From an uncultured Acidobacteriota bacterium (GTDB lineage Bacteria > Acidobacteriota > UBA6911 > RPQK01 > JAJDTT01), in assembly GCA_951812665.1 (NCBI GenBank), contig CATOST010000027.1, forward strand, positions 2,117 through 66,116: a stretch of 64,000 nt of DNA, written 5' to 3'. Every line of letters starts with the position of its first letter. The first letter of the stretch is position 1. The position numbers and the translations under genes were made by a program. Shown here one piece after another: positions 20,668 through 31,500 of this stretch. The notes below the pieces were generated by a model that worked only from the letters and a program-made list of their open reading frames with translations, had not been told where the DNA came from and did no database searches.

Positions 20668-21546
20668 TCATCCCCGGTCGGATCCGCCCAGCCGGATCTG
20701 AAGGCTCTCCCCCCGGCTGCTCTTGGAGTTCGAGGCTTGGCGCATGAGGTATTCGTTGGCCGGAAGATGGGAGTAGACGTGAGGATTGAGCACCTGATAA
20801 GCCTCGGCATATGAGACGGAGGAGTGCAGTCCCATTCTTCCGTTGGTGACTTCGATGCATTTGCGGCCCAGATCTCCCGTGTAGTATTGGCTGGCCACGC
20901 AGTCCAGGGCGCGGGCCTTCTTTTCCACCACCGGGCTGATATCCACCAAGACATTGGCGAATCGCCGGCCTTCGGCCGAAAGCTGGTTGGTGTGGCCGTA
21001 CATGGTGATGAAGAAGATCTGCGCCGGAGTGACCGGGTCTCCGGCGTCCTGGACGTAATGGGAGGTCTTGACCAGGTCGCAGGCTCTGAGGGCCGCCTCC
21101 GCCGTCTCCTGATGGGCGAAACCAAGCTCCTCGGTGGGGTTGTGGAGGATCAGCAGATGGGGCCGGACGTCGGCCAGTTCCTTGGCGATGGCTTCGATCA
21201 GCTCCCGGCTCTGAATCACGACATCGTCCTTCAGACGCAGGAACCGGACGTCCCGGACTCCCAGGATCTCCATGCCCCGGAGCGCCTCCTCCTCCTTTTC
21301 TCGAATAGCCTCCTCCAGATCGGAGACCTGATCGAGCCGGCCGCTCTTGATGAGCTCGTTGCGGCGGGTGTGGTGAGTGTCGACACCGTGGGTGCAGACC
21401 ACCATGGTGACCTGGTCCCCGCGCTGGGCATGGAGGCAGAGGGTTCCTCCGGCGTGGTCGATGGCATCGGCCGGATGGCACATGACGGCCATGATCTTGA
21501 GGGATTCATCCATGCTGGATCTCCTTGTTCTCGCTGTCTTGCTCAA
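20668..21546 (-). CDS. PIG-L/LmbE-family deacetylase
   Basis: The N-terminus IMAVMCHPADAIDHAGGTLCLHAQRGDQVTMVVCTHG carries the PIG-L motif (AHPDD-like plus GGT). Confidence 0.8.
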   Translation of the reverse strand: MSKTARTRRSSMDESLKIMAVMCHPADAIDHAGGTLCLHAQRGDQVTMVVCTHGVDTHHTRRNELIKSGRLDQVSDLEEAIREKEEEALRGMEILGVRDVRFLRLKDDVVIQSRELIEAIAKELADVRPHLLILHNPTEELGFAHQETAEAALRACDLVKTSHYVQDAGDPVTPAQIFFITMYGHTNQLSAEGRRFANVLVDISPVVEKKARALDCVASQYYTGDLGRKCIEVTNGRMGLHSSVSYAEAYQVLNPHVYSHLPANEYLMRQASNSKSSRGESLQIRLGGSDRG

Positions 21547-21605
21547 GAATTACGAGCGTCGCGTCTCTTGACGCCGCATTGCCTGTTCGAAAGCTCCGGC
21601 CGACA

Positions 21606-23702
21606 TCAGCGCTTCGCCCCGGCCTTTCGAAGCAATTCGGCGATCCCGGAGTGGTCTTTCGCTTCTGCGACCCGCAAGGCGGTCAGGCCGGCGGTTTTCG
21701 GGTTTTTCCCCATCGGTCGCTTTCCCGGAATCTGGTAATTGACGTCGGCGCCGGCCTCGATCAGCAGCCGAGCCATCTCCTCATGACCACCAAATGAGGC
21801 AAGCATGAGAGCCGACACTCCACCGGTTGATTTGCGCGCCGGAAACCCCTGGTCCGGGAACGCACTATTGACGTCGGCGCCGGCCTCGACGAGCAGGCGG
21901 ACGATTGTCTCGTGACCCTCGTTGACGGCCATGAGGAGGGCAGACATGCCGCCGGTCGATTTGCTCTGGAAGCCCTGCTGGGGAAGGGCATAGTTCACGT
22001 CGGCGCCGGCCTCGACCAGTAAGCGGACGATTTCCTCATTCCCCTGCTTCACGGCCAAGAGGAGTATCGACGTTCCGGTCGCGCTCCCACTGTTAAATTC
22101 CTGCTCGGGAAGGACATGATTCACATTGGCGCCGGCCTCGACCAGTAAGCGGACGATTTCCTCATTCCCCTGCTTCACGGCCAGGAGGACGGCCGACGTT
22201 CCGGTCGTGCTCCCGCTGCCAAATCTCTGCTTGGGAAGGACATAATTCACATTGGCGCCGGCGCTCAACAGCATTCGCACAATCTCGCCGTTCTCTTTAT
22301 CCACAGCCACCAGGAGGGCGGATATTCCGCTGGCGCTCCGGCTAGAGAATTGTTGTTCGGGGAGGGTGTAATTGACATCGGCGCCGGCGTCGATCAGCAA
22401 TCGGGCGATCTCCGCAGTTTCCTTGTCCACCGCGAGAAGAAGCGGTGATACTCCGGTCCTGCCGGGAAGGATTTCGTTGACATTCTCACCCGCTTCAATG
22501 GCTCGCCTGACTCCGTCAGCGTCCTTGTACCTGATCGACGAGAGAAGGTCCTGACCCTTCTGGTCATTCGAACCGTCCGTCGCGCGGGCCCGCTGCTCCT
22601 TCCTGCGAGCCTCGCGCTCCTTCCTGCGAGCTTCGCGCTCCACCCTGCGAACTTCACGCTCCTTCTCGCGGGCTTCGCGCTCCACCCTGCGAACTTCGCG
22701 CGCCTTCTCGCGAGCTTCAGGTGACTTCTCACGAGCTTCGCGCGCCTTCTCGCGGGTCTGCTGGGCCTTCGTCGCCTTAGCGGTATGGGCCCTGTCGTCG
22801 GCACTCTCAGCGACCCGGGTCAGTACTACCCTGTACCGTCGCGATTCCGCGCCTTCCGGATCCGTTACCTCGACGGCGACCAGATTCTCCCCTGCAGCAA
22901 GACCCGACAAAGTCACGCTCAGGAACGCGCCATGGCCGCTGGAGTTGCTGATCCGGGATCGGTTGCCGGCGGTCAATTCATCGCCACCGGCTGCCGTGCC
23001 GGTCACTCCCATCCGGGCACCCGCAGCTGCGCGGGCTCTGACCGTGACCAGCGGTTGGGACACTTCGGCCACATAAGTGGTCACCTCCGGTTTAAATGGC
23101 GGTGTCACAGTCAAGTCGCCTGCAGGCAACTTACCGGTCATGGCGCTGAACATGAATCCCGGCTTCGGCGGCCCCTCGGAAAGCTGAAGATCGTCCAAAC
23201 CCAAGGGAGCTTTTTCGGCCGTTTCGGTCCTGTGCACCTTTACCGTGTAGCTGCGGGTCGCAGTGCCGCCGGAATCCGAAACGTTCAACGAAATGACGTT
23301 CTCTCCCGCGTCAAGGCCGGACAAGGTCGCACTCATGAACGCACCGTGATCGTTGGCGTTGCCGATGCTGAATCGGTTGGCGACCTTCAATTCGTCGCCG
23401 CCGGAGGCCGTCCCGTTGGCGTCCATCTTCACCCCGGCGGCCGCCCGCGCCCGGATCGTAAGCAGCGGTTGGGAAACGTTGACCGAGTAAGAACTCACAC
23501 CCGGCTCAAACCCCGGAGTCAAAACCAGCTTCCCTTCAGGCAGCTTGCCAGCCAGAGCATGTGCCATGAAGCCGGGTTCCGGAGGGCCCTCCGAAAGTTG
23601 GAGACTCTGCAGCGAAACGTCGGCTACTTCGCCCAAAACGAGTTGGGACGTGGCGAATAGCAGCAACATGGACGTCAGGAACGAATTGACGATATGAGTC
23701 AT
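21606..23702 (-). CDS. secreted repeat protein: 2 cadherin-like beta-sandwich modules, charged RE/K repeat linker, about 7 ankyrin-type repeats with 42-residue period
   Basis: I place the start at ATG 23702 (MTHIVNSFLTSMLLLFATSQLVLG signal), preceded by GGGGAGAG. The LQLSEGPP.PGFM...LSGL.AGEN module is duplicated. Ankyrin consensus reads A(L/V)LLAV..GNEEIVRLLVEAGA(N/D)VN. Confidence 0.75.
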   Translation of the reverse strand: MTHIVNSFLTSMLLLFATSQLVLGEVADVSLQSLQLSEGPPEPGFMAHALAGKLPEGKLVLTPGFEPGVSSYSVNVSQPLLTIRARAAAGVKMDANGTASGGDELKVANRFSIGNANDHGAFMSATLSGLDAGENVISLNVSDSGGTATRSYTVKVHRTETAEKAPLGLDDLQLSEGPPKPGFMFSAMTGKLPAGDLTVTPPFKPEVTTYVAEVSQPLVTVRARAAAGARMGVTGTAAGGDELTAGNRSRISNSSGHGAFLSVTLSGLAAGENLVAVEVTDPEGAESRRYRVVLTRVAESADDRAHTAKATKAQQTREKAREAREKSPEAREKAREVRRVEREAREKEREVRRVEREARRKEREARRKEQRARATDGSNDQKGQDLLSSIRYKDADGVRRAIEAGENVNEILPGRTGVSPLLLAVDKETAEIARLLIDAGADVNYTLPEQQFSSRSASGISALLVAVDKENGEIVRMLLSAGANVNYVLPKQRFGSGSTTGTSAVLLAVKQGNEEIVRLLVEAGANVNHVLPEQEFNSGSATGTSILLLAVKQGNEEIVRLLVEAGADVNYALPQQGFQSKSTGGMSALLMAVNEGHETIVRLLVEAGADVNSAFPDQGFPARKSTGGVSALMLASFGGHEEMARLLIEAGADVNYQIPGKRPMGKNPKTAGLTALRVAEAKDHSGIAELLRKAGAKR
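21996..22246. repeat. intragenic tandem duplication, two ~125-nt near-identical ankyrin units
   Basis: TCAC(G/A)T(C/T)GGCGCCGGCCTCGACCAGTAAGCGGACGATTTCCTCATTCCCCTGCTTCACGGCCA(A/G)GAGGA occurs at 21996 and again at 22121. Confidence 0.8.
22596..22765. repeat. imperfect 21-24-nt tandem repeats encoding the REAREKEREVRRVE charged linker
   Basis: The units CTCCTTCCTGCGAGC(C/T)TCGCG and CTCCACCCTGCGAACTTC(A/G)CG each occur twice. CGCCTTCTCGCG(A/G)G occurs three times. Confidence 0.7.
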
Positions 23703-23926
23703 CGGGGTCTCTCCCCTTCGTTGTGATCCCGGAAAGCGCCGTTGGCGTCGAATAAAATAACCTGCAGGCATCGGAATTCAGGCACTACGAGAAGTGTACC
23801 GAATGGGACACCACTTGTCGGCGTCCAGCATTGCACTGAGGATGGACTGGTGCCGCCGGGCTTTCGACCGTCGGGAACATGGGATATCATGGCATCAATC
23901 GAAGGCCAGTTTCTGGAGGAAAGAAT

Positions 23927-24902
23927 ATGCGTCGCAGAACCTTTTTTGGCAGCGCCCTGACCGGTTTGTTCGCTCTCAGGAGCAAGGCTTGGGGCCGGAA
24001 CCCCGTCCCGTCGGCGACCGGCGGGGACATCCCCAAGCGCGTCTTCGGCAAGACGGGAGAGAAGCTGACCATCGTCGGGCAGGCCGGCGGACGCTATCCT
24101 CTGATCTCCTTCGAGGACGCCAAGGCGGTGACGCTTCGGGCCTACGAGCTCGGCATCAACTACTTCGACAACGCCCATTCCTACTGGTCCGGACGTTCCG
24201 AGGAGGTGTACGGAGAGGTTCTGCCCGCCTTCCGCAAGGAGGTCTTCGTGACCACCAAGAGTGTCATCCGGACCCGGGACGGTGCTGCCAAGGAACTGGA
24301 GATCTCCCTGAAGCGGCTCAAGATGGACTACGTGGACCTGTGGCAGATCCACTCCGTGAGCCGGATGGAGGATGTGGAGCAGATCTTCGCTCCCGGCGGC
24401 GCCATCGAGGCCTTCGAGGAGGCCAAGCGGAGCGGCAAAACCCGGTTCATCGGCTTCACCGGGCATACCGACCCCCCACGTCCACATGGAGATGATGAAG
24501 CGCTACGACCAGTTCGACACCATCCTGATGCCCCTGAACCCGGCGGACCCCTCCTACCTCAGCTTCGAGCAGATCGTGCTCCCCGAGGCCGTCCGGCAGG
24601 GACTGGGCATCCAGGGCATGAAGAGTCTGGCCAATGCGAAGCTCCTCCAATCCTTCAGCGTCGAGCAGTGCATCCAGTACGTCCTCAGCCTCCCCATCCA
24701 TTGCCTGACCATGGGCGCCACCACACTGGGGCAGATCGAGGACGACGTCCGGATCGCCAAGCGCTTCGCCGCTCTGGAGGAACCGCAGATGGCGGCTCTC
24801 CGAGATCGCGCCCGCCGGCTGGCGGGGCCGGAACTGGAGGATTGGAAGCGAGGTCCGGAACGGGCCGGCCTGGACCCGGCCGGGGGTGAAGTCCACGGCT
24901 GA
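23927..24902 (+). CDS. aldo/keto reductase with Tat-like signal, one frameshift at C6 run 24472-24477
   Basis: The N-terminus is MRRRTFFGSALTGLFALRS. Motifs include INYFDNAHSYWSGRSEEVYG, DYVDLWQIHS and RFIGFTGHTDP. The frame then switches to HVHMEMMKRYDQFDTILMPLNPAD... Confidence 0.8.
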
Positions 24903-27153
24903 TTCCCAGCAAGTGATCGAGACGGCCTCAGCCCGGCGGCGAGAGCTTCTCGATCGTTACCTGCAGTCTCTTCCTTTCGAACCCTATCTCTTTCAGAGGG
25001 ACGCTTTGGAGGCTTGGTACGCCTCGAAAGAGGACCTGCTGGTGACCGCGCCCACCGGCACCGGCAAGACCCTGATCGCCGAAGGGGCCCTCTTCGAGGC
25101 GCTCCACGGCGGCCGGACCGCCTACTACACCACTCCGCTCATCGCGCTGACCGAGCAGAAATTCCGGGAGATGCAGGCCGCCGCCGTACGCTGGGGGTTC
25201 CCGAGCGACAGCGTGGGGCTGGTGACCGGGAACCGCCAGGTCAACCCGGACGCGCCGGTACGGGTAGTGGTGGCCGAGATCCTCCTCAATCGACTGCTCC
25301 GGCCCGACAACTTCGATTTCGATCGCGTCGCCGTGGTGGTCAAGGACGAATTCCACACGTTTCGGGATCCGGAACGCGGCATCGTCTGGGAGTTGTCCCT
25401 CTCGCTGCTCCCCAAACACGTGAGGCTGCTCCTGCTCTCGGCCACCGTGGGCCGTCCCGAGTCCTTCACGCGCTGGCTTCGAAACAGCCACGGCCGGCGA
25501 ATGCAGCTGCTCCAGGGAACGGAACGGCGGGTCCCGTTGACCTACCAATGGGTGGGCGACCTGCTGCTGGAAGAGCTGCTGGTGGAACTGGTCAGGGGAG
25601 GGAAGAAAGGGCGAAAAAGCCCCTGTCTGGTCTTCTGTTTCAACCGGCGGGAGTGTTGGTCGGTGGCGGAACGGCTCAAGGGGCGGCCCCTGGTGGACGG
25701 AAGCCGGAAGCGGACACTGGCCGCCCGGGTCCGGGACCTGGACCTGTCCGACGGAGCCGGACCCGTCCTGAGGCAACTCCTGCTGCGCGGCGTGGGAGTT
25801 CATCATGCCGGGATCCTCCCCAAGTACCGGCGCGTGGTGGAGGAGTTGTTCCAGCGCCGGCTGCTGCCCGTGGTCATCTGCACCGAAACCCTGTCGGCCG
25901 GGATCAATCTGCCGGCAAGGTCCGTGGTGCTGAAGAGTTTGGTCAAGGGTCCGCCCCGGCAGAAACGGGCGCTGGACGCCACCACCGCCCACCAGATCTT
26001 CGGCCGGGCCGGCCGGCCCCAGTGGGACCGGCGGGGCTTCGTCCTGGCACTCGCTCCTGAAAAGGAGGTGAAGATACTGCGGCGCAAGCGGAGGTTGAAA
26101 TCAATTCCCGCCCGGACCCGCAAGTCTGCGTTCCGTCAGGCCCGAAAGTCCCTGGCCCGGAAGATGAGGTCCCGAAGGCAGAAACGGCCCTCCTGGGACC
26201 AAGGTCAGTTTCGCCGCTTGGTCGCTGCGCGGCCGGCAGCCCTGGCCAGCCGGGGTCCGCTGCCGTGGCGGTATCTCGCCTACCTATTGAAGCGCTCACC
26301 CCGAGTGGACGAAATCCGGACCATGGTCGGCAAACGTCTGCTCGGCGCCCAAGCGGTGCAGTCGGCTCAGAGAGCCCTGAATGACATGCTGCTCACCCTC
26401 CGTCTGGGAGGCTACGTGAAGTTGGATCCGGAGCCGCCTCCGGATGCGGAGGACCGGGGAGACTACCGGCCGGTGTTGGCCCAGGCCACGCCGCGGCTGG
26501 ATCGGCTATTGGCTTTTCGCGGCATCAATCCCCTCTACGGTGACTTCCTCTCGGCGCTGCTCCCCGGGGCCAGCCGGAGCGAGCGAATTCAGGCCCTGGA
26601 GAGCGTTTTGGAACTTTCGGGAGCCGTGGCTAGAGCGGTTCCGGTTCCGGACGCCCGAAGGCTGGATCCCGGTCCTCTTGAGACGTCCTGGCTCGATCCC
26701 GAGTTGGCTCGGCCGGGATCGGCCGGGGGCAGGGAGTCGACGTTGCGGGAGCAGCTCATGGAGGCGGGTCCGGGACCGACCTTGGCCGCGAAGCTGAGGC
26801 TCGTCTTCGATGGACGCCTGCCCCAGGTCTCTCAGTTGAGGGTTCGGCCGGTCTGGGCCGCCGGGGACCTCCTGGATCTGGGCGGGAACTTCAACCGGTT
26901 CGTCCACCTCCGGGGTCTGGTCAAGCAGGAGGGAATTCTGTTTCGCCACATGCTCCGGTTGGCCCTGCTGTGCGGCGAGTTCGCCGCGCTCCCGAATTGG
27001 GACGCCGCCTGCCGCCGGGACCTCAAAAAGGTGGCTCTCACCCTGCGCCGGAGTTGCCGCCGCATCGATCCCGACAGCACCGACCGGTTCCTGGAGAGGA
27101 GCGTCAAGCGACAAGACGACGGACGAAGAGGGAAACCAATGCGAGGGATTTGA
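24886..27153 (+). CDS. DEAD/DEAH-box (Ski2-like) helicase
   Basis: Motifs include LVTAPTGTGKTLIAEG (motif I), VVKDEFH (motif II variant), LLLSATV and HHAGILPKYRRVVEELF...TETLSAGINLPARSVV...QIFGRAGR. Confidence 0.85.
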   Translation: MKSTADSQQVIETASARRRELLDRYLQSLPFEPYLFQRDALEAWYASKEDLLVTAPTGTGKTLIAEGALFEALHGGRTAYYTTPLIALTEQKFREMQAAAVRWGFPSDSVGLVTGNRQVNPDAPVRVVVAEILLNRLLRPDNFDFDRVAVVVKDEFHTFRDPERGIVWELSLSLLPKHVRLLLLSATVGRPESFTRWLRNSHGRRMQLLQGTERRVPLTYQWVGDLLLEELLVELVRGGKKGRKSPCLVFCFNRRECWSVAERLKGRPLVDGSRKRTLAARVRDLDLSDGAGPVLRQLLLRGVGVHHAGILPKYRRVVEELFQRRLLPVVICTETLSAGINLPARSVVLKSLVKGPPRQKRALDATTAHQIFGRAGRPQWDRRGFVLALAPEKEVKILRRKRRLKSIPARTRKSAFRQARKSLARKMRSRRQKRPSWDQGQFRRLVAARPAALASRGPLPWRYLAYLLKRSPRVDEIRTMVGKRLLGAQAVQSAQRALNDMLLTLRLGGYVKLDPEPPPDAEDRGDYRPVLAQATPRLDRLLAFRGINPLYGDFLSALLPGASRSERIQALESVLELSGAVARAVPVPDARRLDPGPLETSWLDPELARPGSAGGRESTLREQLMEAGPGPTLAAKLRLVFDGRLPQVSQLRVRPVWAAGDLLDLGGNFNRFVHLRGLVKQEGILFRHMLRLALLCGEFAALPNWDAACRRDLKKVALTLRRSCRRIDPDSTDRFLERSVKRQDDGRRGKPMRGI

Positions 27154-27188
27154 GCGACTGGAACGTCGCCCCTCCAAGGAGGCATGAG

Positions 27189-27956
27189 ATGGTATCGATC
27201 CCGAGACGTGACCTGTTGGGTGTTCCGGCAGTATTGGCCGGCGGGACTCTGTCAGGGCTCGCCTCAGGCGAGGGCGAGACCTCTGCGGAGAAAACCGAGG
27301 GGACCCGCCGTCTGAAGATCGTGGTGGTAGGCGCCCATCCGGACGACCCCGAAACCGGTTGCGGCGGAACCATCGCCCGTTACGCCGCTGCGGGACATCG
27401 GGTGACGGCCCTCTACCTCACCCGCGGAGAGCGGGGAATTCGGGGTAAATCGCTGGAAGAGGCCGCCAGCATCCGCACCGCCGAGGCTCAAGCAGCATGC
27501 CGGATCCTGGGAGCAAGGCCCCTCTTCGCCGGACAGGTCGATGGCGACACCGAGACCGGCAATCGGCGCTACGAGGATTTCCTGAAGATCATCCAGGGGG
27601 AAGACCCGGACCTGCTCTTCACCCACTGGCCCATCGACCGCCACCGGGACCACCGGGCGGCCAGCATGTTGGCGTTCGATGCCTGGCTGAAAATGGACCG
27701 GAAGTTCGATCTCTACTTCTACGAGGTCTACTCAGGGATCCAGAGCCAGACATTCTCCCCCACCCACTACGTCGACATCACCACGACCGAGTCCCTGAAG
27801 AAGAAGGCCACCCATGCCCACGCCAGTCAGAACCCGGAAGGAATGTACCGCCGTCACGACCTCATGAACCGGTTCCGCGGCGCCGAGTACCGCTGTGAGT
27901 TCGCGGAGGCCTTTGTGCGCCACGTCCAGGGCTCGGATCACGAGTTTCGGTTCTGA
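27189..27956 (+). CDS. PIG-L/LmbE-family deacetylase with Tat-like signal
   Basis: AAGGAGG lies 8 nt upstream of the ATG. The sequence starts MVSIPRRDLLGVPAVLAGG. Motifs include VVVGAHPDDPETGCGGTIARY and HRDHRAAS. Confidence 0.8.
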   Translation: MVSIPRRDLLGVPAVLAGGTLSGLASGEGETSAEKTEGTRRLKIVVVGAHPDDPETGCGGTIARYAAAGHRVTALYLTRGERGIRGKSLEEAASIRTAEAQAACRILGARPLFAGQVDGDTETGNRRYEDFLKIIQGEDPDLLFTHWPIDRHRDHRAASMLAFDAWLKMDRKFDLYFYEVYSGIQSQTFSPTHYVDITTTESLKKKATHAHASQNPEGMYRRHDLMNRFRGAEYRCEFAEAFVRHVQGSDHEFRF

Positions 27957-28146
27957 GCAACGGAGAAATGTTCATTAACACATCTGTAATTTTGATTTCA
28001 ACGTGGATATCTGTGAGTTGAATATTGATCCAGGAGTATTGGAATTCGATCGTGGCGCCAATCTTCGCAAGGGTTTTCCGGACCGTCGTGCGGTAGTGCC
28101 TACGCCAGTATTGCAATTTCTCTCAAGAGCCCATCGTTTTCGCATG

Positions 28147-28365
28147 TCAACTGTCCAGCGTGTCGAGCAATCTCAAGCCGCGCGCCAAATCGCCACGCGC
28201 GGCGCGCATGCGAAATCTCATTTCGGTGTCGTGTTCCGTCAACGCTCGAACTGAAATTTCTTCCATCAGCTTGTTGAGACTCACGCCACGCTGGGCGGCC
28301 ATGGCCTTCAACCGATCACGATGGACATCAAGAAGCCGGATCGTCAACTTGCCCATTTCAGTCAT
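28147..28365 (-). CDS. ribbon-helix-helix (CopG/Arc-type) antitoxin-like protein
   Basis: GKLTIRLLDVHRDRLKAMAAQRGVSLNKLMEEI shows the beta-strand/helix/helix pattern of RHH antitoxins. It lies in an AT-rich islet. The start is ambiguous (28356, 28365 or 28416). Confidence 0.6.
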   Translation of the reverse strand: MTEMGKLTIRLLDVHRDRLKAMAAQRGVSLNKLMEEISVRALTEHDTEMRFRMRAARGDLARGLRLLDTLDS

Positions 28366-28530
28366 CCTCAGTGATCCACACACTCGGTTGCCGAACCTGG
28401 TTTGAGTAGTGTCCATGCCGGACTATTCGAGATGAATCCGCATTCTCTTACACAGCATAGGCGGAACCGAAGAAGTATCCGTCGATTTGCACAAAACTTC
28501 GAGGAAAGTAAGGGAATTACCCTCCGGGTC

Positions 28531-28554
28531 GGCGACAAGAAAGTCGAAGTCGCC
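28531..28554. repeat. REP-like hairpin GGCGAC-N12-GTCGCC
   Basis: The sequence is GGCGACAAGAAAGTCGAAGTCGCC. It has the same core and AAGAAA loop as 62046-62062, and lies just downstream of the TonB-dependent receptor stop. Confidence 0.5.
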
Positions 28555-28570
28555 GCGCCGGGAGCCGCGA

Positions 28571-31500
28571 CTAAAAAACCAACTTCAACCCGAACTGTGC
28601 CGAGATGGGACCCGGGGTCTGGTCCAACTGCATGAAGTTAGGGTCGCCCAGGACGGCGTTTCGCGCTGCGAGGGGCGTGCTGTAGTAGTTGCCGGCATTG
28701 GTCAGGTTGAAGACCTCGAAGGTGAAACGAATCAAGGCGGAGTCACTGGCCGCCAAGGCAAACTCGCGGCTGAGGCGGAAATCCCAGCGAAAGAAGGCTC
28801 CGGTGGTGAAAGGGTAGCGTTCCAGCAGGGCACCGTTTTGCACCGGGCGGATGGGATTGAAATCGTTGGAGCATTGGAAGCTGTTGTCGAAGACCGATCC
28901 CGGGGACCCGTCGGCCACCCCGGGATCTCCACAACGGCTCGAGTAGGCCGGAAACGGCCGGCCACTGCGTGCGGACACCAGGGTGCTGATCCGGAACTTG
29001 GCCGGCAGCTCGAAATAGCCGAAGAAGGAGTACTGGTGGGTGATGTCCAGTTGACTCCGCCCCCAATCCAACTCCAGGAAGTTGAAGGGATCCGAAGGTC
29101 CGTAGGAGGCATCGCTGGAGCGGTCGCTGGTGGCGTTGTCCTGATTGTTGGAGAACGAATAGTTCACTCCGAACTGGGTTCGATTCCGAAAATCCTTTTT
29201 CAATTGCACAATCAACGCGTGATATTCGGCCTCACCGAAGCTGGCGATGGCGTTGGCGTTGCCGACGTTCGGATCCAGACGCGGGAGATTGAATCCGCCC
29301 ACCGTGCGCCCGTACTCGTCCAGAGTCAGGCCTGAAGGGTCCAGGTTCCGGTCCCAGGGTGTCGAAAAGAAGCCGCCGGTCCGCAGATTGGCCGACCGGT
29401 TGAAGGTATAGGTGCCGGTAATGCTGACGTCCCCTGCGATCAGCTGTTCGATTCCGATCTGGCCGTTGATCACACGGGCGCTCTGATAGTCGGGATCCAC
29501 GTAGTCGATGGGCGGGGGACCGATGAGGCTCTCGACTTCGGGAGTCGCCGTCGAGGGGAGCAGGCCGGGATAGCTCAGGCCGAAGCCGAGCAGGTCGGTG
29601 GGAGAACCGAAGAAGGGAACGAAAACGACGGCGGAACGAAGGCCCGGACCGGACAGCATTCCGGCAACGAAAATGGTGGGAGCGGCGGCGTAGTAAATAC
29701 CGGCGCCGCCCCGGACGATGGTGCTGCGCCGGCCGCCCACGTCCCAGGCGAATCCGACGCGGGGCGCGAAGTTGTTGAAGTCGTCGGGTACATCGGAGGA
29801 GGCTGGAGCCACATCGACTGAGACCCTGTTTCCATTGATGCGAGGCTTGCCGACCGGCAGCATCGCCTCGGGCAGTCCGAATCCGGACTTCGGGTTCCAG
29901 ACTCCGTCCCATCGCAATCCCAGGTTCAGGTTGAAATTGGGGTGCGCCCGCCAGTTGTCCTGCACGTAAAACGACAGTTCGTGTTGCCAGAAATCCCGTA
30001 GGGTGCCGCTCTCCACCACACTGACACCGTTGATTCCTACCCTCTGGAGCAGGAAGGCGGGAGTGCGGGCCGCAAAATCCTCCAGGCTGAAGAAGGTATA
30101 GACGCCCCCGGCAAACCCGATGAAGGTCTGGTTGGACGCGTTGGAGTTCAGGTCGCCTCCCAGCTTGAGGTCGTGTCTACCGAAGGTGTGGCTGAAACTG
30201 TCGATGACCTGATAGCGCTTGTGCTGGCTGTCGATGGGAAGAAAGAAGATCTGGCCGAAGTTGCCCGTGTCGGTGATGGAGGTCTCCGGTCCGGGAGTCC
30301 GCTCCCGGCGGGGTCGGACTTCCTGCGAGTAGGAGAATCGAAATTCGTTGACGCTCGCGTTCCCCAGCAGTGACGTGACGGATTGAGCTGCGGCCCAGCC
30401 TTCGTTGACGAAGTTCTCGAAGTTGGACTCCACTCGGCCCAGCACGAAGGTCTGGCTGCCGGCGTACCCGGTGAAGTTGTCGGTCTCGTTGCGGGTGTAG
30501 TTCAAGCGCGTCGTCAGCGCGTGGTCGTTCGTGAGGTTGTAGTCGAACTTGGAGAGGACAGCGGTCAGGTCCTGGCGCTGGGAGCTGCCGCGCTCCAGGT
30601 CGGCCAGCGTGGAGCCGCCGTAAAACGACGGGACCGGACAGGGACAGGGCGCGGTCGACACGTCACGGGCGAAGACGGCGGTGAGGGGTCCCTTTTGCTG
30701 CTGCGCGTCCAGGGCCAGGAAGAAGAAGGCCCTGTCCCGGGCGATGGGTCCCCCGACCGTGCCTCCGAACTGGTGTCTCGTATTCAAACCAGGCGCGATG
30801 GTGGTTTCCGGATCGGCCGGCACCGAGGTGTCCGCGATGAAGGTGTTGGATTGGAAAAACCAGTGGGCCGACCCGTGCCAATCGTTGGTGCCCGACTTGG
30901 TCACCACGTTGATCAGGCCCCCGGTGGCATGGCCGAACTCCGCCGAGAGCCCGGTGTCGCGGACCTGAAACTCCTGAATCGCATCCTGCGGCACGGTGAA
31001 GTTCTTGGTTTCCAACGAACCGAACCATTCGCCGAAGAATGAGTTCCGGTTGTCCACTCCATCGATGATGAGTCCCGTGTACTCTCCGGCCTGACCCTGG
31101 AGCCTCACGGGAGAGCGCAGCCCCGGAGTGGTGTCGGCCGTCGGCGAAAGATTGGCGAAATCCCGGAAGTCTCGTCCGCTGATGGGCAGGTTCTCCACGT
31201 ATTCGTTGTTGATCGCGGTATTGACCCGGGTTTCGCTCGTGTCCATGCGGCCGGTTCCACTCTGGACGGTGATTTCCTGACCGACCGCCTCGAGTTGGAG
31301 GGTGACGTCCTCCATCAACTCCTGGCCCACCGAGAGCACCACGCCTTCCACGATCATCGTGGCGAAACCGGCCAGGGAGATTTCGATCACGTATTCTCCG
31401 GCCGGCAGAATGTCGGCTCGAAACCGTCCCGCCTCGTTGCTGATCAGCACCCTTTCGGCGCCCGTCGAGGTGTTGATCACCGTCACGTCGGCTCCCGGCA

